A stretch of DNA of 64,000 nucleotides. It comes from Malacoraja senta. Its lineage: Eukaryota. Position 1 is the first letter of the stretch. Each line of letters starts with the position of its first letter. The DNA lies in contig CM075990.1 of the NCBI GenBank assembly GCA_038087875.1, forward strand, positions 3,598,001 to 3,662,000. Reading direction: 5' to 3'. This document shows, piece after piece, positions 58,618-64,000 of the stretch. The position numbers and the translations under genes were made by a program. The notes under the pieces were generated by a model, which saw only the letters and a list, made by a program, of their open reading frames with translations, was not told the DNA's origin and did no database searches.

Positions 58618-58736
58618 AGGTAAATATACGTCAGCTCCATTTACCCCTATTAGGTTTAGGTTTATTACAGTCATGTATATTGAGGTACAGTGAAAAGCTT
58701 TGTATTGCATGCCATCCAAACAGTTCAAATATACCA

Positions 58737-58918
58737 GGTAGACAAAAGTGCTGGAGAAACTCAGCGGGTGCAGCAGCATCTATGGAGCGAAGGAAATAGG
58801 CAACGTTTCGGGCCGAAACGTTGCCTATTTCCTTCGCTCCATAGATGCTGCTGCACCCGCTGAGTTTCTCCAGCACTTTTGTCTCCCTTCGATTTTCCAG
58901 CATCTGCAGTTCCTTCTT
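58737..58918. mobile_element. Palindromic mini-Penelope insertion
   Basis: 75-bp arms (58737-58811, 58813-58887), one mismatch, 1-nt centre; 19-bp TSD aaacagttcaaatatacca (58718-58736, 58919-58937). Confidence 0.9.
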
Positions 58919-59454
58919 AAACAGTTCAAATATACCATATCTACATACAAACAAGTTAAAGTCAAGTACAATAGAGACGACACGATACAACTTTATTCAT
59001 CTCCGGAGGGAACTTGGTCTGCCGACAGTCACAACACACAACAAGGTACTCGAAAACTCAAATTAAAAGTGAAAACAAAATGAAAAAGACAAGTTGTCTG
59101 GCTGCTGTGTGCACAGCGCCTTCACTGGAACACATGAACAAACAAACACAGGCTTACCCCCTGGGCAGAGGATTCTAAACTAGAGTGCCCCCCACACCAG
59201 ACCAGGTCCCCCTTTCTTCTCCCACCGTCCCTCACGCCGGGTCCATTGCCGCTGAGGCTCCACCACCGTCAAGGAGACGCTGCCGCCGCCGCGACCCCCA
59301 TCGCCGCCACCAAGGCTCTCCCCGCCACCGCCGCTCCTTCAGCCCAGACAGGCCTTGCCACCCGGCTTCTCCGGCGAGTCGGGCCCACCAGGGCGCGTTC
59401 CGGTCGTCGGCGCGGTTATTCGGCGGGTGGATCGGGCCGCGCAGCTCCCGGGAC

Positions 59455-59990
59455 AAGACGTTAGTAAGGCCACAGTTGAAATATATTGCATTCAGTTTTG
59501 GTCACCCTGTAATTGGAAAGATGTTGTCAAGCTGGAAACGGTGCTGAAAAGATTTACGAGGATGTTGCCTGGACTCGAGGGCCTAAGCTACAGGGAGAGG
59601 TTGAGCTGGCTGGGACTTTATTTTCTAGGACAGGAGGCTGAGGGGTGAAGTTATCGAGGTGGACAAGATCATGAGAGGAATAGATTGGTTAAATTCAGTC
59701 TTTTACCCAGAGTAGGGGAATCAAGAACCAGAGGTCAGAGGTTGAAGGTGAGGGGGGAAAGATTTAATGGGAACCCGAGGGCCACCTTTTTACACAAAGG
59801 CTGGTGGGTGCATGGAATGAGCTGCAGGAGGAGGTAGTTGAGCAACATCTGAAAAACATTTGGTCAGGTACATGGATGGGATAGGTTTAGAGGGATATGG
59901 ACCAAACGCAGGCAGGTGGGACCAGCGTAGATGGGGCATCTTGGTTAGTGTGGGCAAAGGGCCCGTTTCCATGCTGAGTAACTCCATGAC
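59455..59990 (+). mobile_element. Degenerate CR1/HER1-type 3' fragment
   Basis: YCIQFWSP..KDVVKLE...RFTRMLPGLEGLSY; LINE 3' UTR. Confidence 0.82.
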
Positions 59991-60569
59991 AATGAGACAT
60001 GGCCCCAGCATAGGTCCTAGCTACGCCTGTGTTCCCTTGGGCTACATGGAACATTCCTTGTCCCTCACCTTCTCCTGACACTTCCATCCAGCTGGCACTT
60101 GGTAGAGTGTGGGGATGTGCATTGTGTGTGATGGGACCTGTTCCTGGAACAGAGCCGGGACCATCAGCATGAACTGGTGGTCGGCGTGGACCTGGTCGAC
60201 CAAAGAACCTGTTTACATGCCGTATCTCTAAAACTAAAGGTAAAAATTAATAACTACCTAAATCCAAACTATTTCATCTGACCCTATATTTGAGCTCAAG
60301 ATGTGGGCAAGGTGTGATCTGAAGCTGGACATGTGCCAGAAGAGATACAGGTTTGGTGTACTGATCACACACCGTTGAGTTTGATGGCACACGGGGGGAG
60401 ATAATTCACTTAGTTCCATTGCACCCTCTCATTCTGGACGCCCCGATCAAGGCTGGCATCTGGAGAACAGGCCACTCATGTCAGCAGCTGAAGTTTATAT
60501 CAGGACACACAAACACTGCAGGACAGAATACATTGGCTCATGATGCCTTCAACTTGTTCTTGCACATGC

Positions 60570-60606
60570 ATCACACATGGACACACACACACACACAAAC
60601 ACGCGT

Positions 60607-60680
<74 letters not shown>

Positions 60681-61578
60681 ACAAACACACACACAAGCAC
60701 ACACATACACCCACACAAACACACATGCACGCACACACACTCACACACAAACACACGCGCACACACAAACACGCGCGCACACACACACAAACACGCGCGC
60801 ACACACACAAACACACGCACATGCGCACGCACACTCACACAAAAACACACAAGTACACACAAACACGCGCGAACCCACACACACAAACACACGCACACAA
60901 ACACAAACATGCGCACACAAACACACGCTTGCACACACACGCACATATACACACTCATGTGCACACACGCGCGCGCGCACACACACAAACACGCACACAC
61001 AAACACACAAGGACACACATGCACACACACAAGCACACGCTTGCACACACAAATACACACATGCACACACAAACACATGCGCAGACACGCACACACATAC
61101 ACAAACACACGCGCGCACACAAACATACGTGCGCACACAAACACACGCACCGCCAACACACACACACGCGAGCACACAAACACGCACACACATGCACTCA
61201 CACACACAAACACATGTGCATACACACACAGACACACATACAGGTGCACAGACACACATATACATATACCCACACAAATAGATACGCACACATACATATA
61301 CACACAAAGATACAAACACATACACACTCAGATACACACACACACATATACACATGCACACAGATACACACACACACACATATACACACACGGATACACA
61401 CACACACACACATACACACACACAGATACACACACACACATACACACACACAGATACACACACACAGATACACACACACAGATACACACACACAGATACA
61501 CAAAACACAAATACACACACACAGATACACACACAGATACACACACACATACACACACACAGATACACACACAGATAT

Positions 61579-61609
<31 letters not shown>

Positions 61610-61855
61610 CACACACACAGATACACACACACACAGATACACACACACACACATACATACACACACAAAGATACACACACAGATACACACACAGAGATAC
61701 ACACACACACACATACATACACACACAAAGATACACACACAGATACATACACACAGAAACACAGAAACACACACACAGATACACATACACACATACACAC
61801 ACACAGATACACACACACAGATACACACAGACAGATACACACACAGATACACAGA
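60570..61855. repeat. Compound CA-derived microsatellite
   Basis: Pure (CA)n, then cacacaaa/cacgcg variants, then (CA)n-GATA units. Confidence 0.97.
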
Positions 61856-61952
61856 GTGAATCCACTGTTTTCTTTCCTTCCCCGCTGTGGTCCCGGGACT
61901 TGGCTCGGACCAGTTTGCGATGAAGCAGAGTGTAAATGCACTGCGTTCACAC

Positions 61953-62000
61953 CTGTGATGTTGTGCAGATCAGGTTTGACTACAGATACCCAAAGAAGAG
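61953..62000 (-). CDS. Candidate 48-nt exon (LLWVSVVKPDLHNIT)
   Basis: Acceptor ctttctttatttcAG, donor CAG|GTGTGA; open only in phase 1; unique DNA. Confidence 0.2.
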
Positions 62001-62374
62001 CTGAAATAAAGAAAGCTTGTATTTTGCACGCTTGCACAGTGGTCAGGATCCGACCACTGTCTGATGTCCCACCCACTTTAATGGAATATACGACCACATC
62101 AATAGTGGTTTCTTTTCCCTTGCTCCAGAGGGAACTGTTCCTCTCTGCTCCCTCTCAAATCGTGCCGCAAAATACTTTAGTGAGTTTAGAAGTGGTTTAA
62201 AATACTCTACTGAAAATCTTTTGTGTCTGTCTTCAGTTTAAACCAGCATCTGTAATTCTTTCCCACAGACTTTCTGTGTGTTTCATCAGTTATGGAAGTC
62301 TATGATGAAAAATGGGGTTGGGGGATGAACTGAAGTTCCACTTCCCACCGTTAACTGGGAATTAAACAAAAGGA

Positions 62375-63330
62375 AACACGTTCCCGATGTTGGGGGAGTC
62401 CAGAACCAGGGGGTCACAGTTTAAGAATAAGGGGTAGGCCATTTAGGACTGAGATAAGGAAAAACGTTTTCACCCAGAGAGTTGTGAATCTGTGGAATTC
62501 TCTGCCACAGAAGGCAGTGGAGGCCAGTTCACTGGGTGTTTTCAAGAGAGGGTTAGAGTTAGGGCTAACGGAATCAAGGGATATGGGGAGAAAGCAGGAA
62601 CGGGGTACTGATTTTGGGATGATCAGCCATGATCATATTGAATGGCGGTGCTGACTCAAAGGGCCGAATTGCTTACTCCTGCCCCTATTTTCTATATTTC
62701 TACAATGCAATCGATCATTAATCACACACAGCAGGGCTTTTAAAATATACAAAAAATGATCCAAGATAGAGTGGGTATGAGTAGGAAGGAACTGCAGATG
62801 CTGGTTTAAACGGAAGATAGTCTCCAAAATGCTGGAGTAACTCAGCGGGACAGGCAGCATCTCTGGAGAGCAGGAATGGATGACATTCCGGGTCGAGATC
62901 CTTCTTCAGATGACTGTTTGAAGGCACTGGGCCTGTACTCGTGAAGTTTAGAAGGATGACCTCATTGAAATTTACCAAACAGTGAAAGGCCTGGTTAGAG
63001 GTGGATGTGGAGAGAATGTGTCCACTAGTGGGAGAGTCTAGGACTAGAGGTCTTAGTCTCAGAATTAAAGAATGTTCCCTTTGGGGAGGAATTTCTTTAG
63101 TCAGAGGGTGGTGAATCTGTGGAATTCATGGCCACAGAAGGCTGTGGAGGCCATGTCCAATGGAATTTTTTAAGGCAGAGATTGACAGATTCTTGATTAA
63201 TACGGATGTCAGGGCTTATGGGGAGAAGGCAGGAGAATGGGATTGAGAGGGAAAGATGGAACAGCCATGATAATGGTGTAGACTTGATGGGCTGAATTAC
63301 CTAATTCTGCTGCTATCACTTATGAACTTA
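62375..63330 (+). mobile_element. Two CR1 3' fragments separated by a PLE module (~62780-62910)
   Basis: ttcccgatgttgggggagtccagaacc...CR1 UTR; second, older copy at ~62920-63330. Confidence 0.8.
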
Positions 63331-63962
63331 TCTCCATCAGTTTGTTTCTGAGTTGGGACAAACCCATAACCTAATTTCCATGCTAATGTGCTACTAGAAT
63401 TGAACCCAGGCCTCTGGTGCTGTGGTGCAGCGGGTTGTAAGCTGCCCAAGCTAGATATGAGGTGCTGTTCCTCCAATTTGCATGTGGCCCCACTCTGACA
63501 GTGGAGGAGGCCCAGGACAGAATGAAAATCACAGCTGCAATCATGGTCTAAGGCACAAAGGTCGAAGGTAGCCGGGCGAGGAGAGGGACGACGGTTCAAT
63601 GGACGATCCGAACAGAGCGACGGCTGGAGGCCCTGCAGCAGCCTGGGGCTCGCCTTGATCGGGACCCGCTCCAGGAGACCCAGCGCACGGGCAGGACTGG
63701 ACTTTGGGAAATGGCCCCAAAACTTGCCGACTCTTGCACACGGTCTCAGTGGAATATTGTGTTGGGAGAAACTGCAGATGCTAGTTTACACTGAAAATAG
63801 CCACAATACGCTGGAGTAACTCTGCGGGAGTATCTCTGGAGAGAAGGAATAGGAAGTATCTCCGGAGAAAAGGAATAGGCGACATTTCGCGTCGAAACCC
63901 TTCTTCATATTGAGAGTCGGGGAGAGAGAAACAAGAGGTATGAAAAGGTACAAAGAACAGGT

Positions 63963-64000
63963 AGGCACAGTGGTGCAGTGGTGGAGTTGCTGCCTCACAG
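63963..64000 (+). mobile_element. V-SINE 5' head running off the window
   Basis: ggcacagtggtgcagtggtggagttgctgcctcacag. Confidence 0.7.

Noticed and set aside
60419..62097. Long His/Thr- and Cys/Val-rich ORFs (up to 439 aa)
   Set aside because: Artefacts of the stop-free CA microsatellite; the same applies to 48195-48635.

Overview
Vertebrate nuclear DNA, almost certainly a cartilaginous fish (skate/ray-like). This is inferred from abundant HE1-like V-SINEs and CR1/HER1-type LINEs. The window is mostly nested transposable elements. It holds many CR1 LINE fragments (one with an uninterrupted 659-aa RT ORF), about 20 tRNA-derived V-SINEs, and Penelope-like elements (GIY-YIG and RT remnants) with many short derivatives carrying a minimal hammerhead-ribozyme motif. 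It also holds a full-length degenerate Gypsy (Mag-like) LTR element, a solo LTR, two convergent DIRS tyrosine-recombinase retrotransposons, several PIF/Harbinger-type MITEs (TAA/TTA TSDs), L1, Rex/Babar and Ingi/Vingi-like fragments, a Helitron 3' end, a 200-N gap and a 1.3-kb CA-derived microsatellite. The most striking structure is a ~1.5-kb inverted duplication (10522-13722) bracketed by the two halves of one split Penelope-derived element, which suggests RT template-switching onto flanking genomic DNA. Other notable signals are mini-Penelope palindromes that fold back inside the hammerhead core, a DIRS integration that reads as an exact crossover at AA, and a 1.1-kb templated insertion inside a DIRS. 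No host gene is confidently identified; a few minus-strand exon candidates are given at low confidence. Boundaries of old repeats are approximate and identities are estimated by eye.
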